Shown in pieces: positions 46,701-56,368 of a stretch of 64,000 nt of DNA. The stretch's first letter is position 1. The number at the start of each line of letters is the position of its first letter. Both the position numbers and the translations under genes were made by a program. Origin of the DNA: Klebsormidium nitens (taxonomy: Eukaryota > Plantae > Klebsormidiophyceae). Where the stretch lies: the NCBI GenBank assembly GCA_000708835.1, contig DF237070.1:1-64000 (forward strand). Direction: 5' to 3'. The notes beneath the pieces are model-generated. The model saw only the letters and a program-made list of their open reading frames with translations, was not told where the DNA came from and did not search any database.

Positions 46701-49700
46701 GATGGTCGCCATCCAGGTGAGGGTTTCAGCGGTGGTTTAGCGGTGGTTAAGCTGGAGTTTTGGCGACATCTTCGCATTCCGGTGCTTCCGCGTGGACAAG
46801 GTGATAGTTGCCATCCAGGTGGGGGTTGATCGGGGTTGAGAGTTTAAGAAGCTCGGACGGATTAGAAGCATTTGAGCCAGTTTGAATGGGGTACCATCCC
46901 GGGAGTTCCAAAGGCTGAGGGTGTTAAAAAAATCCGCTGAAATACATTTGAGCGGTGATATGCGTCGATTTGAGCAGAGTTCGTATAAGTTTGAGCGCCA
47001 AGGAATAGACGGATATGGGGGGTGTCAAACGTACAAAACCTGCTTTGGTTGCTCGTCATTGCATTCACTCCACCGCTTATGGAGGTGCTTAATAGTAGGG
47101 CTTGAAATGCTTTACGGGCTTCCTGGGGCTCCCAAAAGATGGTGTTGTCTTCATGAATTTATTGACTTTCCACCCAGTTTTCCTCATTCCACCCCCCCTA
47201 CTCATTGCCAAAGCAACCCCCTCTCACACCCCCCTCTCTCCACTCGAACGTTCGCTCCTTCGTAGGTTTTGCTCTTCCCGACCTGCGAGATTCTCAATTT
47301 CCAACTTATTACGAAAAATCAACACCTCCAACATCCCCTTTAAGCTCACACTGTTCTGTCCCCCGGCTTCTCTTCAGGACTTCGTGGCTGCCACTTTGGG
47401 CCAGCGTTTCATCGAGCCCCCCCCCTTCAACCTGCAAGCGTGCTACAAGGACAGCTCCCCTACCGCCCCCCTCATCTTTGTGCTGTCTTCCGGAGCGGAC
47501 CCCATGGCCGACTTGTTACAGCTGGCAGACGAGATGCGGTTCACCAAAAAGTTCGAGAAGGTGTCGCTCGGGCAGGGCCAGGGGCCCAAAGCGGAGAAGC
47601 TGCTACAGGTGGGCGTTCCGTCTGCTCCGCGTGTTGCGATTCCGTTCCGGCGGCTCTCTGGCACCTTTCTCCTGCTGCTATCCGCTTCAGATGGCCTTCT
47701 CGCATCTCTCCTGCGTTGCTTTACATTCGGTCTTTTCCACGTTCAGAACTTTAAGATAGGAGTCTGGAGTCTCTTCTTTGCTTCGTCGTATGCAAAGGCG
47801 TTTGCTCAAGGGGCCTCCAATCAGCGTAAGGCAGTGATACGTGCATATTGTTCATGCGAAGATTGCCCAATACCTCAATCAACTCTTCTTGGTGTTCAGT
47901 GATATTGAACACCCTTATCAATACGGTTTCTACGCGGCCGCGCCGCATAGGTATGCTAAAACCCACGGATTTTCCGTACGCAGATGGGCATGGAGCGCGG
48001 CATGTGGGTGTGCCTCCAAAACTGCCACCTGTCGCAATCTGAGACTAATCTCAGCGCGGCCGGCTGCGCCGCATCTCTTAAACCTCAAAACCCTTCTTTC
48101 GCAGATGGGCATGGAGCGCGGCATGTGGGTGTGCCTCCAGAACTGCCACCTGTCGCAATCGTGGATGCCGTCGCTGGAGCGCATCGTCGAGAACATCGAC
48201 CCCGAGAAAGTGCACAAGGACTTCCGGCTGTGGCTCACCAGCATGCCCTCGCCCGCGTTCCCGGTCGCGATCCTGCAGAACGGCGTCAAGATGACGCTCG
48301 AGCCGCCGAAGGTAAGCTTTAGTCCACAGCTTCCAGAGGCTTTGAGAAAGCGGATTCGGATCTGTTGAAGTTGCCGGTCTTCGATCCGTTATTGAGTTAG
48401 CTACCTGGGATTTGCCGCAGCTCTCGTTTGGATTGGATGCTTCACCTCCTAAAGATTGGAACAAAATGCTTCCGGATACATACAGGGATCAAAATCCACC
48501 CCCCGGGCATCATTCCATCCACTCCTTCCTTGGCCATTGAGATGTTCTGTTTCACTAGGCTTTGCTTGACTGAAGATCCTCCCGCAGATTCTGCCGAGGA
48601 ACCGCGTTCTTCTTGATGCCCGGTACCTGACCCAGTTTCCTTAATACTTTTCCAGGGCATGAAGTCCAACCTGATGCGGTCGTACCTGCGCTTCAACGAC
48701 AAGTACCTGAACGACTGTGAAAAGCCCGTCGAATGGCGCAAGCTGCTCTTCGGGCTGTGCCTCTTCCACGCCGTAATCCAGGAGCGCCGAAAGTTCGGCC
48801 CGCTGGGGTGGAACATTCGGTACGAGTTTACGGAGGGAGACCTGGGCGTGTGCCAAACGCAGATCCGGATGTTCCTCAATGAGTACAAGGACATTCCGTA
48901 CAAGGTGGGGACTTTGTTTGGCGATATGGGTTTGTTATATAACTGCCTTTTCTAGGTTTCTGAAGTGGGTCCTGGTTGTCTGAGATTTCTTTAGTGATGA
49001 GATGTCTTTGAATTTCGGTAGTGTCAAAAGCAGCTTTTGAGATCAAACCTTCCTCGGAAGCTGCATAATCCTCACGGATGAAGTCGATGATTTCTGCCCT
49101 AAAAAACTCTGCGTTATGCAAGGGCAGACTCTCTTCTTGCTAATCACTTTGCTTCGCGTTCGCTTCAGTTGGTCAAGTGCTTGAGGAGGTTTCAGTCTTC
49201 CTCGTATCTACTTCCGGTCAGAGTCGCTTCTTGTGCAAGGTTTGACAAGCCAACCTCCTTTCCCTCATCCCTATCGACGCCCTTTTCCTTCCAGGTCATC
49301 CGCTTCCTGTGCGGCGAGATCAACTACGGCGGCCGGGTTACCGACGACAAGGACCGGCGGTTAATCAATAACCTGCTGCTGACCTTCATTAACCCGGGGG
49401 TAGTTGCCGAGCAGCCGTACAGCTTTTCCGAGTCGGGCGTGTTCCGCATCTCGGCGGCGGGGGATCTCACCGGGTTCCTGGACTACATCAAGGAGCTGCC
49501 GCTCGCGCCGAAACCGGAGGTGGGTTTATTTGATGCTTTGAAAAGTATACTTCTTTCGCTGCATTTACGTTGCTTTTAGCTTTGTGCTCATAGGCGTTTC
49601 TTTTGGCTGCCTTTCACCCGATCATGCCTTACCACAATTTCGAACATTCTGAATTTTGTTCTGCTTCGGGTCCCGTTGTCCCTTTTTCCCATCCATACCT

Positions 49701-52700
49701 CTCTCAGTCTTTTCCGGCCGGTCTCCGTCCTTAAACTCTTTCACTAAGTAACAATTGTCGCTTTGAATCTTTGACCTTTTCCATTTACCTGCCCGTCCGC
49801 AGCTCTGCAACCCGCGCTCTTCCTACCCGCAAATGCTCATAATTCGTAGAAAGCCCAAGATGCATACGCCAAGTTTTTCTCCTCAAACTCCTAACCCAAA
49901 AATATAAACCAGACCCTAACGGTTCATAATCTGCGCCACAGATCTTCGGCCTGCACGAGAACGCGGACATCACGTGCGACCAGAACGAGTCGCTGGACCT
50001 GTTCGCCACCGTGCTGTCGTTACAGCCGCGGACGACCGGGAAAGCGGGCGGGGGACTTTCTCGGGACGAGCTGGTCGAGAAAGTCTGCACCGACATCCTG
50101 ACCAAGGTGGGCATTTTGAGGCGGTTTAAAAGATTGGCTCTCTGTTGTCTGATCTCTAGGGACACTGCATACGCTTATATTGGTCGAGGAAGTCTGCACC
50201 GACACCTTGGCCAAGTTAAGTACCCGGAGTTTTGGACATACTTCGCTCGGTTGTTTCGTTTTTGGACAGAGTGCAATCGATTCTGCCGGGTCTCTGTATG
50301 CTTATTGTCATCCTTCCGTGTCAACGTTTCGACCGTTTTCGAGTCCGTTTTGCGGACGTACCGCTCCACCGCGACGGTAGACAAAAGATTGCGATTCATT
50401 TCTTTGTTGAGAAAAGCTTTCGGAACATTGCATTGCACGCATCTGATTTGCCGAAAGAGATTGTTTTTTGTCAGCAGCTTAATTAGACGTGGATGCCTCT
50501 AGGCAGCCCGCAAGTGAACCCACCTCTGAAAGTTAGATGAGCAAACATACGGCAGAGGGCATTGCGTTCAAAGCAAAGTTAAATGAGTAAGGGGATCTGA
50601 AACACACCATGGAAAATATCCAGTCTTTTCACCGCAGGTCCCGCCCGTTTTCGACGTGGAAGCGGTGCTCCAGGCGTACCAAGAAGCGTCCAAATGTCAG
50701 AGTACTTTATATCCATTTAACACTGAAAAAACAAGCGGAAACCTCGAGTGCGCACCAAAAAGACGCCCACTTTTTCCACCGCAGGTCCCGCCCGTTTTCG
50801 ACGTCGAAGCGGTGCTCCAGGCGTATCCGACCAGCTACAAGGAGAGCATGAACACCGTGCTGACGCAGGAGTGCATCCGCTACAACGGCCTGCTCGCCGT
50901 CATGAAGAAGTCGCTCCAGGTGAGGCCGCCTGACGTCAGCATGATCGCCAGAGCCCGCTGGTGGCTTGTTATAAGAGAGGAGCGCAACCGAGGTGCTGTT
51001 CATGGCACCGATTGTCGGGCGCTGCGAAGGGTGGTCTTCCGAGAGCACCCGAAAACCGCGCCGCGAACTGTGCGTTGAACCATCGAAGCTGTAGCTGAGC
51101 TGATCAAAGAAAGTCTTTGCCTGCAGTACACAGCACTTTGGTTGCGAGACCAGCAAAATTCACTCATCACAAACTAGAGTTCGACGTATTGGATCCTCAG
51201 TTACCCGATCGCCCGGTGAACAACTTCTACCCTCCACCGTAATCTCAATCTAACCCGCGCCTTTTCACACCTTACCCGCAGGACGCGCTCAAGGCGCTGA
51301 AGGGCCTGGTGGTAATGTCCCCCGACCTGGAGCAGCTCTGCACCAGCATCTTTAACAACCAGGTTCCAGAAATGTGGGCAGCGAAAGCGTACCCGTCACT
51401 GAAACCGCTGAGTTCGTGGGTGGCCGATCTGCTGGAGCGGTGCGCTTTCATCAGCAACTGGATCGCCAAGGGATCCCCCGCCGTCTACTGGATCAGCGGC
51501 TTCTTCTTTCCCCAGGTGGGCGCGCGCGTTCCGTAGCGTCTAAATGCGTTTTGTGGGCTGTTCGGAGTGCTCGTGTGGATTATTCTTTTGAAGAAAGGGA
51601 TTGCTGACCTTTTAACCTTTGAGTTTTGAAGAGCTTTCAAGAAAGCATTCTTGCGAACCGCCCGCAGGCTTCTTTCGTGGAACATCTTGGTCGAACCGCA
51701 CGCGAGACGTCGAGATTTTTGAACGTTTTACCAGAAGAGTGCTTGACCGTCCGCACTAAAAGCTCGACACTCCAGAGCATTATACTAAACAAACCAGCCC
51801 TTGCAGTTTCCATTCCGCAGATTCTGATTGCAACCAAAATGGAAGCTTGCCAAAATCATCCTAAAAGCTGAAGGCATATCTCAGGTTCGTAAAACGTTCT
51901 TCCAGTTATGAAGACCCGAAAACAAACCCTTTCGTTCCTTCCTGGCAGGCGTTCCTGACTGGCACGCTCCAGAACTACGCGCGCAAGTACGGCTACCCCA
52001 TCGACACCGTCAGCTTCAACTTCGTCGTCTGCGACGAGAAGACGCTCGAGTCCACGGGGGATCCCCCCGAGGACGGCTGCTACATAAGGGGTCTCTACCT
52101 GGAGGGCGCCCGGTGGGATTCACGGAGGCATTTGCTGGGGGAAAGCAACCCCAAAGAACTGTACTCCGAGATGCCGATCGTGTGGCTGTCCCCGGTGCAG
52201 AACCGGAAACCGCCCAAGACCGGGGTGTATGAGTGCCCGGTTTACAAGACGCTCTTGCGAGCGGGTGAGGCGTTTTTGCTTTTCGTCGTTATTTGGTGCA
52301 TGTGTAATCTGGTGTTTCGAAGTTGGCACAAGAGGGGCTTCTCTTGCACGAGACGTGAGGTAAATTCTCATGGTCGCATTGCAATGTTTGAATTGTTATC
52401 CTTTGTGGCAAGGGTGACACCTAGTATGTGCTGTTTCATCGACATAAAATGGGAATACTCAGAACCAGATTCTGGAAGGGCGGGAAGAGGTCTTCTCAAG
52501 GTCTCGCTGATGTCATCACCGCACCGGCACTGCCGACTCAAGGCGGCTCCGGGGCGGCATCCGATCCCTTCCAGCACGAAACACATGAGGAAAAGTCTGT
52601 CCGCATCTCATTCGAGCTTCCCCGTCCGGAAACGCTCAAACCCGAGGATTCATTGTTTACCCTCGTGTTCTGAGCGCGGCTTGACTCTGTATCTCTTTGC

Positions 52701-52828
52701 TCCATAAAGGTACTCTATCGACCACGGGACACTCCACCAACTTCGTCATGTATATCGAGATACCAACGGACAAGGAGCAAGCACACTGGATAAATAGGGG
52801 GGTCGGCCTTTTCACATCACTAACTTAG
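16745..52828 (+). CDS. DNAH1: Axonemal inner-arm dynein heavy chain, DNAH1-like, ~4065 aa, ~49 exons
   Basis: Phase-consistent exons: (tentative 16745-16802, 17146-17225, 17409-17470), 18080-18409, 19668-19905, 20346-20482, 21081-21320, 21786-22062, 22456-22650, 23060-23301, 23785-24064, 24445-25103, 25505-25709, 26218-26586, 27154-27402, 27771-28025, 28782-28940, 29428-29555, 29982-30084, 30445-30579, 31067-31387, 31971-32258, 32662-32805, 33381-33572, 33950-34989, 35391-35727, 36141-36398, 36881-37117, 37687-37854, 38567-38826, 39017-39151, 39725-40025, 40441-40659, 41223-41387, 42155-42403, 42870-43256, 43695-43991, 44696-44893, 45565-45963, 46396-46716, 47378-47608, 48105-48311, 48656-48904, 49295-49519, 49942-50106, 50785-50919, 51282-51515, 51949-52264, 52710-52828 (12198 nt, ends TAG). 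P-loops: GPAGTGKT (AAA1), GPTGGGKT (AAA2), GETGTGKT (AAA3), GVGGSGRQ (AAA4). Also [18 protein letters not shown] and the C-terminal [13 protein letters not shown]. The N-terminal [23 protein letters not shown] fits the DNAH1 clade. The first three exons are a frame-consistent guess. Confidence 0.92.
19220..19590 (+). repeat. Three ~150-bp tandem echoes of the start of dynein exon 19668
   Basis: The core gacccgtttctctt...gcgtggcggaggcgc, or close variants, occurs at ~19243, ~19391, ~19542 and in the exon at ~19693. Confidence 0.92.
26598..26712. repeat. Short intronic tandem repeats (cccttttccggtt x3; ttctcaa..tatgc..tgaaga x2)
   Basis: Directly visible just after the donor at 26586. Confidence 0.75.
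28454..29110 (+). repeat. Echoes on both sides of dynein exon 28782-28940
   Basis: gctggacctga at ~28469, ~28586 and ~28700 upstream. gcgacgtcgtg...tttgagtgggtgagta at 29059-29110 downstream. Confidence 0.88.
31808..31880 (+). repeat. Echo of the acceptor and first 20 codons of dynein exon 31971
   Basis: cag|GACCACTACGACTACGGGATGCGCGCCGTTAAGTCCGTCATCACCGCGGCCAGCAACCTT vs cag|GATCACTACGACTATGGCATGCGCGCCGTCAAGTCCGTCATCACTGCGGCCGGCAATCTC (52/60). Confidence 0.95.
32483..33250 (+). repeat. Cluster of acceptor and donor echoes around the dynein AAA2 exons
   Basis: Acceptor echo at 32489 (GTAATCCAGCTGTAC), donor echoes ending at 32941 and 33127, acceptor echo at 33206. Confidence 0.9.
37185..38192 (+). 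repeat. Donor-side echoes after dynein exons 36881-37117 and 37687-37854
   Basis: Copies end at 37229 and ~37346, and at 38014 and ~38188. 37964-38014 differs from the exon end at 1 of 51 nt. Confidence 0.92.
39403..39670 (+). repeat. Acceptor-side echoes of dynein exon 39725
   Basis: cag|GTACAACCACGTCACGCCCACGAGCTACCTCGAACTCC at 39601. Older cccaccagct copies at ~39491 and ~39404. Confidence 0.88.
41697..42065 (+). repeat. Three acceptor-side echoes of dynein exon 42155
   Basis: ccccgcag|GT(C/T)AAGCGCGT.TCG at 41833, 41990 and 42155. An older copy starts at 41699. Confidence 0.92.
44251..45096 (+). repeat. Echoes on both sides of dynein exon 44696-44893
   Basis: Acceptor-side copies at 44254, ~44391 ([12 protein letters not shown]) and 44552. 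Donor-side copy 45033-45096 includes 24 identical intronic nt (agcggaaccggaatggttcgaggg). Confidence 0.9.
46780..46830 (+). repeat. Donor-side echo of dynein exon 46396-46716
   Basis: cggtgcttccgcgtggacaaggtgatagttgccatccaggtg vs exon cggtgcttccgcgtggacaaggcgatggtcgccatccaggtg (36/39 over the exon part). Confidence 0.9.
47930..48040 (+). repeat. 121-bp tandem duplication spanning the acceptor of dynein exon 48105
   Basis: cgcag|ATGGGCATGGAGCGCGGCATGTGGGTGTGCCTCCA.AACTGCCACCTGTCGCAATC at 47984 and 48105 (55/57). Confidence 0.95.
50180..50680 (+). repeat. Donor echo (50180-50215) and acceptor echo (50638-50679) in one dynein intron
   Basis: tggtcgaggaagtctgcaccgacaccttggccaag vs the exon end. 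caccgcag|GTCCCGCCCGTTTTCGACGTGGAAGCGGTGCTCCAGGCGTAC vs exon 50785 (40/42). Confidence 0.92.
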
Positions 52829-53671
52829 AATTACCTTGAATATAGATTACTGTCAAACGCTTTCATAGTTGAAGCTTTTGTTCTTGTTGATACGTTATAC
52901 CGATAGCTGCTCTAGCTTGGCATGCTTCAAAACAAGGACTTGGTTTCTCGGCCGTCTGTGCAACATTTATTGCAATATCTTACCATATATCTGCTCATCA
53001 AATTTTCCAGCCCTATGCCAATCACCGTACAAACAAGTTGGACGAAGTGCCTATAATATTGAGGATCTTTTGACTGGATAGATGAAACTCATAGATGCTC
53101 GCCAAGGTAAGCCGCCGTTCTGCACGTGTCTTAGTGCTGATTGAAAGTATCAGCGTCGCAGAGTGATATATGGAGCTCTGCACGGGTATATGCTATACAA
53201 AGATGCCCTTCGCCTTCGGCCAATGCATATTTTTGAATGACTCCAAATCCTTGTGCGCTCCGTTTGCATCCTCCATTTGGCCGGTGTCATCTTCGTCATG
53301 TTCATTTTAACTTCCTGATAGTGCATAGGCCCGCCTGCGCACGTTATGAGCGAGGCTGAAATTTGCCGCCGCGCCGGCAATCATGTCAAGCTAGTCGGGG
53401 GACACATAAAAAACACGATTGTTTGCCGTGCACGGACCGCTTGATGTACTGGTCGGCCAAGAGGCAGTGCGGCACCAAGATTGTGGCTCGGCGATGCTTG
53501 AATGATACAAGTAACCGCATTTATGTGCGGACTAAGGCGTGCGTCTTGAGGAGAAGCTGTGCTATGTGGACAAGTTCCATATTATGACATAATGCGGGCA
53601 TAATGCCCACTAAAAAATAAGCGACGATCCCGTAGACAGGTTGGTCCGGTTGACAGCGTATCCGGCGTCAC

Positions 53672-53676
53672 AAAAA
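53672..53676 (-). terminator. Pol III terminator (T5) downstream of tRNA-Val
   Basis: TTTTT on the minus strand about 14 nt 3' of the discriminator base. Confidence 0.65.
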
Positions 53677-53689
53677 CAGAAAGCGGTAG

Positions 53690-53784
53690 TACAGTCCACG
53701 AGGATCGAACTCGTGACCTTTCGCGGTTTTGACCCTTCCGTGGGGGGTGTAAAGCGAACGTCATAACCACTAGACTAGGACTGC
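53690..53784 (-). tRNA. trnV-UAC: tRNA-Val(UAC) with a 22-nt intron at canonical position 37/38
   Basis: Reverse complement folds as a cloverleaf: acceptor GCAGTCC/GGACTGT + A73, D-arm GTCT-AGTGGTTA-TGAC, anticodon stem TTCGC/GCGAA with loop TT-TAC-A[intron 53726-53747]C, variable loop AGGTC, T-arm ACGAG-TTCGATC-CTCGT. A and B boxes are intact. Confidence 0.85.
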
Positions 53785-54508
53785 GCGCGGGACGCATTGA
53801 GCGTGCAAATTTCAACACATGTAATAACAATGATTTCTTACACTCATGCGATCGACGGGTCGTGTGCAACTGTAGTTTATGGCTGTGCTCGGTAAGCCGT
53901 CGATAAAACGATGCCGCCCCTTGATTGAAACTCCTCACCGGTGATCCACCGGACCAGTTACCAGTCACGCAGTGATAACGCACTGTGTGACTGTGTGAAG
54001 CTGTGTGACTAGCTAGTCCTCATTAATGCACTTGCACACTTGTTAACAGCAGCCAAACTCATTCTGTTCAAACCTCAGGCTCTGGCTTTGAGATGGTTTT
54101 CCGTCATCAAGCGAGCAGGAAAGGAGTTTTTCTTTCAAGGGCGGCTAGTGGCGCTCATAATTTGGAATGGCCTCAGCTATCATTGTCAACTGCCCCGCGT
54201 TCTCAAAGGCGGCGCAGCTCGACTTGCGCCTCGCCCTGGTTTAGCGTTAGCTGGCTGCTGTGCCTGAACATCTTCGCCTTTCACTGCACTCCATTGCACA
54301 TTCTTTGCTTCCAGTCCAACACTATCTTTACTTTTGTAGGTACTAGTGTATCCAATACTTTTCTTCCTGGCCGTTCCAGAGGGGGTGCAGGCGTTCTTAT
54401 GATTGTTACTGCTTAGAAGCTCAGGTGAGCACCTCAGTCCTGAACTTCTGCAAAGTTGGGCTGACCTGCTCTTGCCACCGGTTTTATGTGCTTGTTCTAC
54501 TTAGCTCA

Positions 54509-54780
54509 GAGGCTCAGGTTGCTGTTTTTGAATGACTCTGGCGGGCAGGGCGTTGAGAGGGGATGCTCTGCGCTTTTTAAGGAAGATCCAAGTCCCTATT
54601 CCACTAACTAGTGGGGAAGCTGCTTTTATTTGACCGTTGTATTGAGGTGGGGGTCTAGCATGGTTTGCTGAGGCTGCTGTCTCCGAATGGCTCTGGCAGG
54701 CAGGCGTTGAGAGGGAAAGCGCTGCGCCTTCTGAGGAGGATCTAAGTCCCTGTTCTGCTAAGTGGGGATGCTGCTTTGTT
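54509..54780. repeat. Intergenic ~154-bp tandem duplication (diverged)
   Basis: gcgttgagaggg at 54550 and 54704. Flanking gaatg.ctctggc.ggcagg, agtccct.ttc and agtgggga.gctgcttt are shared between the copies. Confidence 0.85.
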
Positions 54781-55855
54781 CACCTTCTGGTCTGTGTCTT
54801 TAGCGAGCGGAGGCTGCTAGTATGATTCAGCAACGGTAGCCCTGGTGGCAAGCAACGGGCTTGATAAACAAGCCTTACTTGACGACGTCAGAGGTCCCCC
54901 TTCGTGCCAGTGATATCTTTTGAAAATAGTTGTTGCTTTAGCGTGCTGCATTGAGCTTGGATGCTGAGGGCCAGCTTTGGAAAGACTCTCCGCAATCTTC
55001 GAAAAGTCTCCCATGCTACCTATAAGTCCTGCATGTTGTTCAGAAGTCCTCTGCGCCGGGGCAGGGCCGCTTCCAGGCCTAGTGGAACCTGGGACTGAGG
55101 GTCTCTTTCTCTCGCTCTTGCAGGCCATGGCCCGTTCCCCGTGCACGAGTGACTTCACGACCGGAGCTACTCCTCCGTAAAGTGGAGAGTGTCGACTCCG
55201 TTCGCAGGCAGGCCCATGTTTGCGTCTTCAGTTGCTCGTGGACATTAAGGTGCACTAGTAGGCCCGTCTGCAGGAGCAAAATTCACGATCGCCCTGGGGA
55301 GTTCCAGCCGAGTACCTTCTTTGCTTTTGCGGCTTGCAGCTAGCTATGGGCACCCCAGCACGATTCTACAGTCATTGTTTGAACCGCGTGGCATTTCCGA
55401 CCAGAGGTGGCTACCACGATGCCACGACGCCGGTCCGACCGCAAGTTCATTATTAGTTCAGCTCACCAGATACAAGGCAGATAGGCAGAATGGTCAATCT
55501 AGTAGGCTGCAGAGTCCTTTGCCTAATGCAAATACGTCACACAGGCCTAACAGCTCTGCACCAATCCTTCATAATTAGAGACGCGTCACGTTCAGGATCC
55601 GGGGTAATTGGCATACGGGTTTGCTTTGGCTCCCAGGCCGTCTTCAAATGCGCTGCATTTACTGTACAATGCTGGCAACCAGAATACATATATGCTCTTG
55701 CACATAAATCTGCTCATGCATGAGGTTGATTCCCTGACTGCGCGCATGCGCGGCAAGTTCCACCGGCCAAGCACGACACAATTGAGCTAGCTGGGGGAGG
55801 CGGCGGCGAGCTTGTAATATTGCGGCCGCCCACCCAACCGAACTATAAGAATTGG

Positions 55856-55956
55856 CACCTACATTATATAGTGTAGGTGGGCCCGGCCGCGCGCGCATGT
55901 CAAGCTATAGCGCATACTTATATATATAGCTTGACATGCACGCGCGGCCGGGCCCA
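55856..55956. repeat. 32-bp inverted repeat (31/32) with a 15-nt spacer, abutting a second 8-bp-stem palindrome
   Basis: 55878-55909 TGGGCCCGGCCGCGCGCGCATGTCAAGCTATA pairs with 55925-55956. 55856-55863 CACCTACA pairs with 55872-55879 around TTATATAG. Confidence 0.92.
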
Positions 55957-56368
55957 TGGTATCATCGGTATTGCATGTAATTAGCACGAGTTCGTATACC
56001 ATAATACATGTGCAAGCGCCCCGGCCCACTAACATGGTCGAGTTTTGCGCTCATCTACATGTCTTCGCCATGTACGTTGCAGCTTCCCTTATGTTCCTGC
56101 ATTTTCGCATTTGACCGCTTGCATCAAAGGTCTTATTCAATAGATGAGGCAATTGGCAGCCAAGCAATACTTTCTTCCATCAAAACGCGTCACAATCACA
56201 CATTAAGCGAAACCAGTCTGCTGAGAACTTCCATTTAAAGCATGATCACAAGGGCCAGCAGTCGAATCAAACAGTGTCTTTGACGACTCGCACGAGAGTC
56301 CCAAAGCACTAGCAGATCAGAATAAGTCTAGGAGCAGTAAATTCAAAGCACACCGTTTAGGTCTCAAC

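Noticed and set aside
31808-50680. Echoes as mutually exclusive alternative exons
   Set aside because: Copies are partial: acceptor echoes have no donor at their ends (e.g. 47984, 31814) and donor echoes have no clear acceptor at their starts; most lead to frameshifts or stops.
30963-51840. Weak candidate echoes at ~30963, ~41086, ~51668 and ~51820 (also ~20105, outside this span)
   Set aside because: Similarity too low to distinguish from chance by eye; excluded from counts.
54817-55158. 113-aa minus-strand ORF in the dynein/glucosidase interval
   Set aside because: No recognisable domain and no convincing exon chain; cannot be supported from sequence alone.
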